IMG/VR virus record: IMGVR_UViG_3300037087_000760 | Location: 1 to 64,000 of that record | Strand: one strand, 5' to 3' | DNA: 64,000 bases | Shown here: piece by piece, positions 36,192 to 45,832 of the stretch | Layout of the letters: each line of letters opens with the position of its first letter | Numbering within the stretch: the first letter of the stretch is position 1 | The notes under the pieces: model-generated | The model's input: only the letters and a program-made list of their open reading frames with translations | Databases searched by the model: none | What the model was told of the DNA's origin: nothing | Made by a program: the position numbers and the translations under genes

Positions 36192-36249
36192 ATTAATAGT
36201 TTTTGAATTTAATACTACAAAGGTAAGACAAATAGCTGAAATAAAAAAA

Positions 36250-36597
36250 TTATGATGGTGTAATTGATGGTGTAAATGATGGTGTATATTTGAAGTTTGT
36301 TCCATTTGACATCAATCCCCAATATGGAATAGATTCATCTGTTTGTTTAAATCCTAATCGTTCTATACTTAAAAAAATATAAGATACGACACAGCATATA
36401 TAAATTACCTTGTTATAAAAAGTTTTTACCAGTTCGTTCAATAGAACATTGAAATATCCATTTCCTCTATAATGATTATTGACAAATGTTCCCATCAAAA
36501 TAATTTCATCATCAATTGTTATATATTTCAGTTCACCCATCTCTTGTTCATTATCATCGAGTAAAACAATTTGATCGGTGTCATGTTTAATCTTCAT
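36250..36597 (-). CDS. GNAT-family acetyltransferase
   Basis: FVNNHYRGNGYFNVLL, ERLGFK. Confidence 0.7.
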   Translation of the reverse strand: MKIKHDTDQIVLLDDNEQEMGELKYITIDDEIILMGTFVNNHYRGNGYFNVLLNELVKTFYNKVIYICCVVSYIFLSIERLGFKQTDESIPYWGLMSNGTNFKYTPSFTPSITPS

Positions 36598-37096
36598 TCC
36601 ATGATGTAACTATTTTAAATCCTTCAATTGGTAGGTTTCCCAATGTATCCATATAATCTTGATATTGGGAATCAGTAACTTCTTCGGGAATTACTGCTCT
36701 ATCAATTTTATTTTCAATATCCTTTTTAATTCTTCTTTTAGCTTCTTCACGAGAAACATAAAAAACAAGTGCAATCTTTTTAAAATCAACTTCTTTTTCT
36801 ATATCATTTATGAATGAAATTCTCTTTTCAGTTTGTATATTGGTAGCATCTAAGATAACATTCTTACCTTTTTTCAAATTGTGAATAATCATTGCTTTCG
36901 CAAATTGAAAAACATCCGAGTTTATTATTTGATTACTTATATCACCAGATAAATCTTTTCTTATCTGGTCAGTACTGACAACAATAGTATTCTTCCATTT
37001 TGGTTTGTTTTCTTTGATCCATGTAGATTTCCCACTACCTGAGATTCCTACCATAATAACCAATGTGGGATTCAAAAATTCTTTATAATTGTCCAT
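36587..37096 (-). CDS. P-loop kinase (AAA_33 / Pnk kinase-like)
   Basis: GISGSGKST, VSTDQIR, ILDATN. Confidence 0.8.
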   Translation of the reverse strand: MDNYKEFLNPTLVIMVGISGSGKSTWIKENKPKWKNTIVVSTDQIRKDLSGDISNQIINSDVFQFAKAMIIHNLKKGKNVILDATNIQTEKRISFINDIEKEVDFKKIALVFYVSREEAKRRIKKDIENKIDRAVIPEEVTDSQYQDYMDTLGNLPIEGFKIVTSWNED

Positions 37097-37153
37097 ATTG
37101 TTTTATCTTTTTTACGAATTTAAAATATTTCTCATTCATAAAAAAATATTATT

Positions 37154-40100
37154 TTAAAATTTTATGATATAGAATCTTCCTTGGTCAATGATATAATAAC
37201 CAAAATCAGTCGTGAAGTATCTATAATCCAAACTATTAAAATTAGTATTGACCAACATGAAAGACCTACCTTCATTATAATTGAATAACTTATTATTTGT
37301 CATTCCGAGTCCATATCCATTATAAGATTCCGTTTCAATATACATATAAGGATCTACACTTGCATCAATATTGAAACTATAAGAAAGTAAATCTTTTTTG
37401 TAAAGTTCATGATATTGTACTGGTTCGAGTTCATTTGTTGACTGATTCAACCTGAATGTTTTTATTTTAGCAGTATAGTAATCCGGCATCGTACAACCAG
37501 TAATCATATAGAAATTAACCGTCATTAAATAATCAGTTCCCGTATTCAAGGTTTGAATGTAATCGAAATTAACAGCATTAACCTGTTGAGTCACTGATAT
37601 TTTTCTGACACGATTCGATGGATCGTAATCCATGTACATAGTCGCCACAGTTTGTTCGAGACCAGTAATATCAAGAATATTAGCTGATAGTGGAATTATA
37701 TTTCTCCTTAACCATTTAACCAATCCAGTAAGTTTTGTCTGTACCTCGGCTAATGAATATAAGTTAATATAATTTCCATCAAAATCTGTAATATGATAAG
37801 TTAAATTGAATAAGTTAGTTTTTTTATAGTTCATAGAATCTGGTTCATGAGATGTCCATCCCGGAACACTTCTATCGAATATATTTTCAATCAAAATCTT
37901 ATGAAGTTTACCATACAACAAAGAACCCTGTTTGATATTTCGATAATATTCATATAAATCCAAATCATTATATCCAAAGTAATTAATAGCATTAATAAGA
38001 GCACGATATGAACCAATATAATTATATATCTCTGGATGAACGGCTAATAATTCTTTTCTTTTTCTGTTTAGAATTGTAAAATCAATACCAGCATCTTCGA
38101 TATCACTTTCTTTATAAATTGGATAGGCATCTAATCCCAAATTAGATCCCAACATTTTCAAATTTTGATCGAATCTGTAATCTTCTATTTCAGTTTGTCC
38201 ATATAATTGAATTGTCGCTATAAGAGATGGTTCTACTTTAATTATAAAATCATATGTCTTACCTGATGCTGATGTATCAAAGAATGGTAGATTTGTATTG
38301 TCTACTGTTATTTTATTTTTTGTTAAATCGACAATCTGACTAATAGCGTAACTTTCATATAAAGTTTCTCCCGTTACAGTTATTTCAAAAAAATTCAATG
38401 ATATATTCAGCCCTACATCTAAACCAGTGTTATTAAAACTGAAAAATATATCATCAGTAATATAAGATATCGTATTTCCACTGATTAGAAAATTAACTTT
38501 TTTACCTATTTTGTTTGATGTTGTTCCAGTAAATGTTGTATGTTCGATTTGTTCAATTCTCATTGTATCTGTAATCACACCTTCATTCGGTGTATTGAAT
38601 CCCAAGAAAATTTCAAGTGGAATTGGATGATAATCATAAAAATTAGCAGCATTATATTCTTCTAATGGATATAACAATTCGTTAAAAATAGTTTGTTGAT
38701 ATTCTGGATTTGCTATCTCCAATGGATTAGTGTTTACATTTCTATTCAAAAAAACCAAATTCGTATAACCTGAATTAAACAATGGTTTTGGGCCTATATA
38801 AGTCAGATTTCCGTTTGGTTGAATTTGGTCACCTGAATAATCATAATAGAATATACTTTCGTCATACGGATCTTCCCAACTCATTTTATAATAAACCTGT
38901 TTATTGTAGTTTCCTCTTGGTTTTCTTAAAAATTCATGAATTGATATAGTAAGATTTTCAGTATAATTATTATCACTCGACCATCCGAAAAATGGACCCT
39001 GATATGATAATTGAATTGTATCTTCAGTTAATCTTAATATATTATATTGCTTATTATTTAATGTATGAGTAGAACCACTGACGGATATAATCATACCCGT
39101 AGTCAATTCAAAATCAAATAAATTCTGAGATACAGAAAATAATTCATTACTCGATATAACCATTGAATGATTTATCGTATTTTCTATTATGGTATAAGTA
39201 GAATAAGAATTAACCTTAATCTCCAAATTTATAATTTCTACATTCGGATATTGACCCTCTAATGTTAATGTATATCCACTCGTTGTTGTCCCACTACTCA
39301 GTGTAATTCCATTTTGATCAAACATTGTAAAATATTTGTCTATAAAACTATTTATGGTATCTATTGTACAACTGGTGACAGTTCCAGAAAGAGGAACATA
39401 AAAATTATTTTCATTTATTGTTAATTGAATTCCATAATTTACAGAATCAATTCCCAAATCAAATAGAATTGTTGTTTTGAAATTGTGGGCCAATAAAGTT
39501 GTATCATAAAGATGTATTGTTTCGTTTTGTAATTGTTCATTTACATTGAAATAATAAGCATCGGTTACTCCCGTCATCGTTGTTCCACTATCATAATAAT
39601 CAAAGTTTTTACCAATTGTAAGAGGAATATTATTTATCGAAGATTTGGCTGAAAAATATGGATGCCAATTATAATCCAATCCACCCAAAACCATGAAATT
39701 ATTAGTCCCATTATTCCAATGAAAACAATCAAATCCATAACGATTAAACATATTTGCATATTTATTTCTTATGGCTGTTATTGTGTTCTCATAGAAATAG
39801 GTTGTATTACCAGAATTTAAGATGTCTTGATTTACAAAGAGTTTATTTGTTGTGGAAAAACAAGTTGTGAAACCTGACCAAATGACTGTTGGTGGACAAG
39901 CGACAGCGTTTTGTTGAGCATATAATTTTTTAATCCTTTTTTTATTAATGGTTTTATCAATTTTATATGTATATCCACTCTCAGGAATTATATATTCAGC
40001 CACTTCAATTCTTCCATTTTGAATATCCAGAACTTGGAAACTTCTATTATCATGAAATGTTAATCCCGAAAGATTTGGAATGGCTGTTAAATGTATAATA

Positions 40101-41149
40101 TCATTATAGGTAAATCCAGTAATTGTACTTGTAGTTTCTATATAATTCAATCCATTCAGAACATAAAATTTACAAGTATCAGTTGTTAAATATTGAGTAT
40201 CAGCAAAACCTGTTATTGTAAATGTTGGATTATTTGGATGTATATATCCACCATTTATATCTTCGAATATCACGGTTTGACCAGTAGACACAAAATCAAT
40301 AGTTGTGTTTATCCCATTCATAAACTCGATTGTAGTTCCACTATATCCAGTATCATTATAAGTTATTTTAACATTTCCCTCATACAATTCGGGTCTTTGT
40401 GTAAACAATTCAATTTCCATTGAGATCGTACCACCTGTTACTCCACTTAAAAATAAAAAATCATAAAATTTATTATTTAAAATATTATAATCATTATATG
40501 TAAATACTCCATTATTTGAAGAACTATTAACTACGGATATTTTTTTATTTTTATAAAAATTCAAATTTGTTATATCAACTAATTTTTGTTGACCATAATC
40601 TAATACCTTAATAATATTAGCAGAAGATACTGTTCCACCACTGTTCAAAGTAAAATCAAAAGTATAGTTATCTGTTTTAGTTTCGACTAAAATGGCATTT
40701 TTTCTATGACCGAGAACATCAAAAAATGTTATTCCACTTGATATGAAATCATTATTTCCAATTCCAGTTCCAGTTACATTATTAAAATAAACAACACTTC
40801 CAATTGTAAACTTTTTATCGAAATCAGTTCCGTAAATCCATTTAGAATAAAAATTTGGATTACTATTTACTTTTTGAATATTTATAATATCTTGATTTTC
40901 AAATGTTTTACCAACAAAAGTTGTTCCACTCCAATTGAATAACTGTGATTCTCTTAAATCAAATTCAGAATTAAAATTATATGGTTTAACATCTTCAAAT
41001 ACATAAATGCAAAGGGTTCTAAATGTATCACTACTATTTTCATCAAAGAATATTTTTCCACTCCAAGTTTGTCCTGTCGGATCATATATGAAGTTATATG
41101 GAAATCCTTCTTTATTAAAAAACATTAGATTGTCAAATTGTGAGTTCAA
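37154..41149 (-). CDS. Large virion structural protein, probable baseplate wedge
   Basis: 1331 aa, T/S/G/N-rich beta character, GSYRALINAINYFG; late motif at 41169-41178. Confidence 0.6.
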   Translation of the reverse strand: MNSQFDNLMFFNKEGFPYNFIYDPTGQTWSGKIFFDENSSDTFRTLCIYVFEDVKPYNFNSEFDLRESQLFNWSGTTFVGKTFENQDIINIQKVNSNPNFYSKWIYGTDFDKKFTIGSVVYFNNVTGTGIGNNDFISSGITFFDVLGHRKNAILVETKTDNYTFDFTLNSGGTVSSANIIKVLDYGQQKLVDITNLNFYKNKKISVVNSSSNNGVFTYNDYNILNNKFYDFLFLSGVTGGTISMEIELFTQRPELYEGNVKITYNDTGYSGTTIEFMNGINTTIDFVSTGQTVIFEDINGGYIHPNNPTFTITGFADTQYLTTDTCKFYVLNGLNYIETTSTITGFTYNDIIHLTAIPNLSGLTFHDNRSFQVLDIQNGRIEVAEYIIPESGYTYKIDKTINKKRIKKLYAQQNAVACPPTVIWSGFTTCFSTTNKLFVNQDILNSGNTTYFYENTITAIRNKYANMFNRYGFDCFHWNNGTNNFMVLGGLDYNWHPYFSAKSSINNIPLTIGKNFDYYDSGTTMTGVTDAYYFNVNEQLQNETIHLYDTTLLAHNFKTTILFDLGIDSVNYGIQLTINENNFYVPLSGTVTSCTIDTINSFIDKYFTMFDQNGITLSSGTTTSGYTLTLEGQYPNVEIINLEIKVNSYSTYTIIENTINHSMVISSNELFSVSQNLFDFELTTGMIISVSGSTHTLNNKQYNILRLTEDTIQLSYQGPFFGWSSDNNYTENLTISIHEFLRKPRGNYNKQVYYKMSWEDPYDESIFYYDYSGDQIQPNGNLTYIGPKPLFNSGYTNLVFLNRNVNTNPLEIANPEYQQTIFNELLYPLEEYNAANFYDYHPIPLEIFLGFNTPNEGVITDTMRIEQIEHTTFTGTTSNKIGKKVNFLISGNTISYITDDIFFSFNNTGLDVGLNISLNFFEITVTGETLYESYAISQIVDLTKNKITVDNTNLPFFDTSASGKTYDFIIKVEPSLIATIQLYGQTEIEDYRFDQNLKMLGSNLGLDAYPIYKESDIEDAGIDFTILNRKRKELLAVHPEIYNYIGSYRALINAINYFGYNDLDLYEYYRNIKQGSLLYGKLHKILIENIFDRSVPGWTSHEPDSMNYKKTNLFNLTYHITDFDGNYINLYSLAEVQTKLTGLVKWLRRNIIPLSANILDITGLEQTVATMYMDYDPSNRVRKISVTQQVNAVNFDYIQTLNTGTDYLMTVNFYMITGCTMPDYYTAKIKTFRLNQSTNELEPVQYHELYKKDLLSYSFNIDASVDPYMYIETESYNGYGLGMTNNKLFNYNEGRSFMLVNTNFNSLDYRYFTTDFGYYIIDQGRFYIIKF

Positions 41150-41201
41150 AATAGAATTGTTTTTTCTTTATATATTAAAAGAGGTGAGTAGTAAAAACAT
41201 T

Positions 41202-41969
41202 TTAATACATTCTATTTGGTGGAATAAAATCTCTTTTCCATCTATAATGTCCATTTGTTATTCTGAATTCACAATAATAAGCTGATAAACTGGATATTAC
41301 TGATGATATTCCACCAATCAAATATGGAAAATTAAGAAGGGGCATTGAATAAGTTGGTGTTATTTTTTTAGTCGCCACTATTTTCCCATTAAAAAATAAT
41401 CTTATCGTATCAAAATATCTGGATACAGCCACATGATACCAATTTACAGCGTCGGGCCAAATACTTGTAATTCCTGACATGGTTAAAAAGAAGTCCCATG
41501 AACCAGCATTTTTTACCCCAAAAGTTAATCCTGTACTGTGGGTTAATAACGGGGAAATCCCACCATCAATAAAAAAACCGTAGAAATTATTTGAATTGAA
41601 AACACAACCATTACTTCCAAAATTTTGTCCGACTGCTGATATAGGACCACCACCAGTTACTTTTATCCAAAAATCTATGCAGAAATTATTTGTTCCAAAA
41701 TTCCAATCGCTTGTGTTAGTATCACAAGATAGTACACGAAATCCACCACCGAATGATGTTGCATTCCAACATGGACTATTATTGAAAACTCCACCAGTTG
41801 AAGATTGTGTTACTCCAGTTAATGTACATTGATGGGGGGAAGAAGATCCTCTCGACACATCCCAAAAATAAGGTTTTGGTGGTGGAATGGGCGTTATGAC
41901 AGTTTCATTTCCATGTGATAAAAATGTACAGAATTTATCATTACCAAATCCATTTTTATGTGTTATCAT
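41202..41969 (-). CDS. LamG/concanavalin-A-like virion protein
   Basis: FCIDFWIK, WYHVAVSR, LFFNGK, EFRITNG. Confidence 0.8.
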   Translation of the reverse strand: MITHKNGFGNDKFCTFLSHGNETVITPIPPPKPYFWDVSRGSSSPHQCTLTGVTQSSTGGVFNNSPCWNATSFGGGFRVLSCDTNTSDWNFGTNNFCIDFWIKVTGGGPISAVGQNFGSNGCVFNSNNFYGFFIDGGISPLLTHSTGLTFGVKNAGSWDFFLTMSGITSIWPDAVNWYHVAVSRYFDTIRLFFNGKIVATKKITPTYSMPLLNFPYLIGGISSVISSLSAYYCEFRITNGHYRWKRDFIPPNRMY

Positions 41970-43141
41970 ACATAAGGTATTATTTCAGGAACATCATTTA
42001 TAAATGTTAAAGCAACAGTTAAATCAGAAGCATCTGCCCCAACAGGAAAAATACCACCTTTTTGTGTGGTAGTTAATTCTAAAACATCACCCATTTTTAT
42101 GTTGTATTTATTAATATCAATTCCAATATCAGTAGAAGTATATGAAATGGAATTCATCTCAATTCCATCACCAGAATTATCCGTGCTAACCTTCTTCGAA
42201 TTAATTGTAGCATTTATTTTTGGTTGTATAGTTGCATTGGCATCGGATTTATGAACCCCCATTATTCTAACTAAAAGAGCAGAGTATTTTTGCCACTCAT
42301 ATCTAAATAAATTTAAATCGGATAATAAAGTTAATCCAGATACCATAGCATAAGATCCAGATATATTAAAATATTCATCTAAAACCATTTCCGGATTTCC
42401 ATAATATAAATTTTGTATATCGGGAAGATCACCAGTAAGAGGTGCACCAGCGATATAAATTGTATCCACTGTCATTCCAGTAATAATTCCATATTTCGAA
42501 ATCGAGGCTGTATTTCCACTATCAAAAAAGTATTTAAGAGGTGTTCCTATTTTTAAAGGACCGGGAGTTGTATTCGTATCCAGCCATGTCGTATCTGTAA
42601 ATGTGATACTATTTAAAGTTGTTGGAGTGATTGTAAATCCAGAGGGATTAATTAATGTCCAACGATCAGATGCTGTTGGTGTACTTCCATTCATACCAGA
42701 AGTACCAGCTGTTCCATTAACACCAACACCACTCGTTCCACTCGATCCACGGCCACTTGTTCCTGAACTACCTAAAAAAGTACCATCTTTCCCAGAACTA
42801 CCACTTGTCCCATGAGTACCAAGAAAACTACCATCTGCACCAGAAGTACCAGCTGTTCCACCTGTTCCCTGAGGTCCGACAACAGATAATCCACTTGTTC
42901 CAGCCGTTGCACTTGTTCCAGCACTTCCACTTTTACCTGATGTACCTGAAATACCACTCGTTCCATTTATACCAGCTGTTACCCCACTTTGAATATAAGT
43001 AATATTACCGTATTCATCCATTTGGGCTAATTTTCCACCCAATTGTGTTCCACCTGAGGTATCATATCCAAGAAGAAGCCACCCATCTCTGGGAAATTCT
43101 ACTTGTGTAAAATCTTGTACTTTAAGTTTTAATATACTCAT
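41966..43141 (-). CDS. Tail-fibre-like protein with GTSG repeats
   Basis: G-T-S-G-x repeat tract; late motif at 43162-43171. Confidence 0.65.
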   Translation of the reverse strand: MSILKLKVQDFTQVEFPRDGWLLLGYDTSGGTQLGGKLAQMDEYGNITYIQSGVTAGINGTSGISGTSGKSGSAGTSATAGTSGLSVVGPQGTGGTAGTSGADGSFLGTHGTSGSSGKDGTFLGSSGTSGRGSSGTSGVGVNGTAGTSGMNGSTPTASDRWTLINPSGFTITPTTLNSITFTDTTWLDTNTTPGPLKIGTPLKYFFDSGNTASISKYGIITGMTVDTIYIAGAPLTGDLPDIQNLYYGNPEMVLDEYFNISGSYAMVSGLTLLSDLNLFRYEWQKYSALLVRIMGVHKSDANATIQPKINATINSKKVSTDNSGDGIEMNSISYTSTDIGIDINKYNIKMGDVLELTTTQKGGIFPVGADASDLTVALTFINDVPEIIPYV

Positions 43142-43178
43142 TTGACTGTTTTCTTTTTGATTATATATTAAAATTTGA

Positions 43179-43206
43179 AAACTTCTTTTGAATTAAAGAA
43201 TATAAT
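43179..43206 (+). promoter_or_regulatory. AAACTTCT-N14-TATAAT promoter
   Basis: Member of recurrent 14-nt-spaced class. Confidence 0.6.
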
Positions 43207-43211
43207 AATCA

Positions 43212-43392
43212 CAAGGAGCCTGAATCTCTCTTGTCGTTTGTGGTGTCTCAACGAATGATGACACGGCTTCGATGGCTCGGCATAAAACCATTCGGTTTTC
43301 TCTTTCACTGATGTGCGAAGGTTACAAATATGTTTGAAAGAGTTTCACGATAGAAATGACCCCGATTTTTTCAGGTAAAATCGGGGTTTTTT
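43212..43392 (+). ncRNA. Unknown ~180-nt structured RNA
   Basis: GAGCC/GGCTC, GTGTC/GACAC, AAAACC/GGTTTT, CTCTTTCA/TGAAAGAG stems; own promoter and terminator; no ORF. Confidence 0.6.
43359..43392 (+). terminator. Intrinsic terminator
   Basis: ACCCCGATTTT/AAAATCGGGGT plus T-run. Confidence 0.85.
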
Positions 43393-43423
43393 ATTTTCAT
43401 AAATCGGCTAAAATAAATTCCTT

Positions 43424-43451
43424 AAACTTTCAATTTTTTTCTGAATAAAAT
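43424..43451 (+). promoter_or_regulatory. AAACTTTT-N14-TAAAAT promoter
   Basis: Recurrent class. Confidence 0.6.
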
Positions 43452-43457
43452 AAATAT

Positions 43458-43881
43458 CAGATAATTCAAAGGGAGTTGCTACCCAATGGATATTTGGTCG
43501 TGTACCCCAGACGTAACTGAAGTCGTTTGTAGCAGATCGTTAATTGTTACCCATTGAAAGGTGGAAAATCCTACTACACCTGAAAACATAGTGGGTAGTC
43601 TGTTTCACTCAACGAAGCCGCCCTAGCCTTTGAGGCGTAATCAAAGGACAATTTTTTCTTTTTATTGTCTAAAAAGATCGGTATATGTCCTCTTCCGTGA
43701 ATTAGGATTGTGTTGACTCTGAACACATAAAAGATTGAGCGGATTTTAGAACATCTATCCTTCAGGATGTCCGGCAGTTCATACGACAATGAAACTTTTT
43801 TATTCCTCTTTATCAAAACAAGTAGGAAGTTTTTAGCTAAAAATTACCCCCCGTCATATTTCAGGTATGTCGGGGGTTTTT
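43458..43881 (+). ncRNA. Unknown ~420-nt highly structured RNA
   Basis: Many hairpins and long-range complements, GC higher than flanks, own promoter and terminator, no credible ORF. Confidence 0.6.
43846..43881 (+). terminator. Intrinsic terminator
   Basis: CCCCC-rich stem with GGGGG partner plus T-run. Confidence 0.8.
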
Positions 43882-43887
43882 AATTTT

Positions 43888-43915
43888 AAACTTTTTATTT
43901 TTCCTACCTTATATT
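43888..43915 (+). promoter_or_regulatory. AAACTTTT-N14-TATATT promoter
   Basis: Recurrent class. Confidence 0.6.
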
Positions 43916-43939
43916 AAGAAAAAATCTCCTAAAATAATT

Positions 43940-44479
43940 ATGAGTACAATTGATCAATTCAGAGAAGTAATACAGAACTGCCAGCGTGTTTTTGTAGGGA
44001 AGATGGAAGATTATGGTCTTTCATGGAGAATACTCAGACCATCATCATTAACAGACCAAATTTTTATTAAAGCCAGTCGAATAAGAAGTTTGGAAGAAAA
44101 GAAAACATCAAAGATAAATGAGGGAGTAGAGCCAGAATATATTGGAATGATAAACTATTCGGTAATGGCTATAACTCAAATGAAATTTCCTTATAATGAA
44201 AATCCTAATTTATCAAAAGAAAATGTATTAGACATCTACATAACCGAGACAAATGAAGCTTTAGAATTGATGTTGAATAAAAATCATGATTATGATGAAG
44301 CTTGGAGAAAAATGAGAATTAGTAGTTTAACTGATATAATATTACAAAAACTTTTAAGAATAAAACAAATAGAAGATAACGATGGAACAACAAAAGTGTC
44401 AGAAGGATTAGAAGCCAATTATTATGACATCATTAATTATTCCATTTTTGCCCTGATAAAATTATCAGAGATTAAATAA
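43940..44479 (+). CDS. DUF1599 (nucleotide-modification-associated domain 1) tandem protein
   Basis: KMEDYGLSWR...RIRSLE...INYS and KNHDYDEAWR...RIKQIE...INYS. Confidence 0.8.
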   Translation: MSTIDQFREVIQNCQRVFVGKMEDYGLSWRILRPSSLTDQIFIKASRIRSLEEKKTSKINEGVEPEYIGMINYSVMAITQMKFPYNENPNLSKENVLDIYITETNEALELMLNKNHDYDEAWRKMRISSLTDIILQKLLRIKQIEDNDGTTKVSEGLEANYYDIINYSIFALIKLSEIK

Positions 44480-44535
44480 TACAACAAACAACAAACAAAA
44501 CAACAAACAACAAACAAAAAATAATCAACAAAACA
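44480..44535 (+). repeat. CAA/CAAA low-complexity tract in 5' leader
   Basis: ACAACAAACAACAAACAAA duplicated. Confidence 0.7.
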
Positions 44536-45423
44536 ATGAAAGAAAGAGAAACAAAGATTGGAACTTTCAGAATCGTCCAGAACGATACTGGATTAACATT
44601 TTATCATGATGATACTGGAATATGGTATTCACTCACACCAAATTCAGTAGAAGAACTTAAAAAATTTCTTACATTATCTGAAAAAAAGGAAATTTCTTAT
44701 TTAGATAGAACATATTTAGATAAAAGAAGAATATTAAGACAATTATCCATAAAAGATGAAATAAGAAATTATGTCAATATAATGTCCGATAAAGTATGGG
44801 AAAAATTATTATCTTCCATAGAACATACACAGAAATTTAATTTTCTTGAGGAACTTCAATTATATTTTCACATTAAATGTTTATTAATTGATGGGTATTT
44901 AGCTTTCGAAGTGGTATACAATGAAAAACAAACGGACATTATCGACTTATCTCCAATAGATCCTTGTAGTTTAACACCTATATTTCATTCATCCGCTGGT
45001 GAAAGAAAAAATGATTTTGATTGGATACAACATAATGATAATGAAAAACTTAAAAGAGTTTTATCTCAAAATCAAGTGATTTATATATCATACTCACCCG
45101 ATCATGAATATGGTCCGACTTCTTATGTTGAAGAATTAAAAGAGTCGTATGAAAAAGTTAAGACATTGGAAAATGAATTGATGGCATCAAGAATGAATCT
45201 TCCCGGTAATGTTGGAGAAAAATTGGGTGGAGAAATAGCTTTCAAACAATTAAAAAGAGCTGATAAGAAATTACAATTTATGTCTAAAATTCCTAAATCT
45301 ATTTTGAAAGAAGAAAAAACTTTTAGTGATGATGTAAGATATAAAACATTCTTGAATAGAATATGTAATATATTTGAAACTGATCTAATAGGAAAATTAA
45401 TCGAACTAAAAAATAATCTTTAA
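44536..45423 (+). CDS. Truncated portal (gp20)-like paralog
   Basis: IDGYLAFEVVY, IIDLSPIDP, QVIYISYS, SYVEELKESYEKVKTLE resemble the gp20 N-terminal half. Confidence 0.6.
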   Translation: MKERETKIGTFRIVQNDTGLTFYHDDTGIWYSLTPNSVEELKKFLTLSEKKEISYLDRTYLDKRRILRQLSIKDEIRNYVNIMSDKVWEKLLSSIEHTQKFNFLEELQLYFHIKCLLIDGYLAFEVVYNEKQTDIIDLSPIDPCSLTPIFHSSAGERKNDFDWIQHNDNEKLKRVLSQNQVIYISYSPDHEYGPTSYVEELKESYEKVKTLENELMASRMNLPGNVGEKLGGEIAFKQLKRADKKLQFMSKIPKSILKEEKTFSDDVRYKTFLNRICNIFETDLIGKLIELKNNL

Positions 45424-45426
45424 AAC

Positions 45427-45765
45427 ATGCCAAAATCAAGGACAAATAAAAAGAGACAAAAAAAAGTGGTGGCTTATAAATCGAAAATTCAAGCTAATAA
45501 GAGAAGAATAAGAGAAGTATTCTTAAAAGGATTACAAGAAGCACATGCTAAAAAAATGGATGATCAAATAAAATCTGGTCAATCAACTGGAACTACCGTA
45601 GAAGGATTAGATGAATTCAATTTGGAAAATAATTCTGAAACACCACAGGAACAATCACAGCAACCTGTAATTGAAGGATTATCTGAACTTGGTGATTTGG
45701 GTGAAATTCAACAAGTGGAATTGAAGGGTGCACCACCTGATTCATTTTCTGGTATTGTTAAATAA
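45427..45765 (+). CDS. Hypothetical protein with basic N-terminus and acidic tail
   Basis: MPKSRTNKKRQKK. Confidence 0.65.
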   Translation: MPKSRTNKKRQKKVVAYKSKIQANKRRIREVFLKGLQEAHAKKMDDQIKSGQSTGTTVEGLDEFNLENNSETPQEQSQQPVIEGLSELGDLGEIQQVELKGAPPDSFSGIVK

Positions 45766-45800
45766 AGAAACCCTGTGAAAATTTCACAGGGTTTTCTTTT
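45764..45800. terminator. Bidirectional terminator
   Basis: AAACCCTGTGAAA/TTTCACAGGGTTT between convergent genes. Confidence 0.85.
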
Positions 45801-45832
45801 TATTAATCTTTTTTGAATATTTCACAATGTTT

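Noticed and set aside
43458-43881. RNase P RNA, group I intron or tmRNA
   Set aside because: GTGGAAAATCC only loosely resembles RNase P CR-I and CR-V is missing; the P7-like CAGAC/TAGTC pair lacks room for P4-P6; no tRNA-like ends
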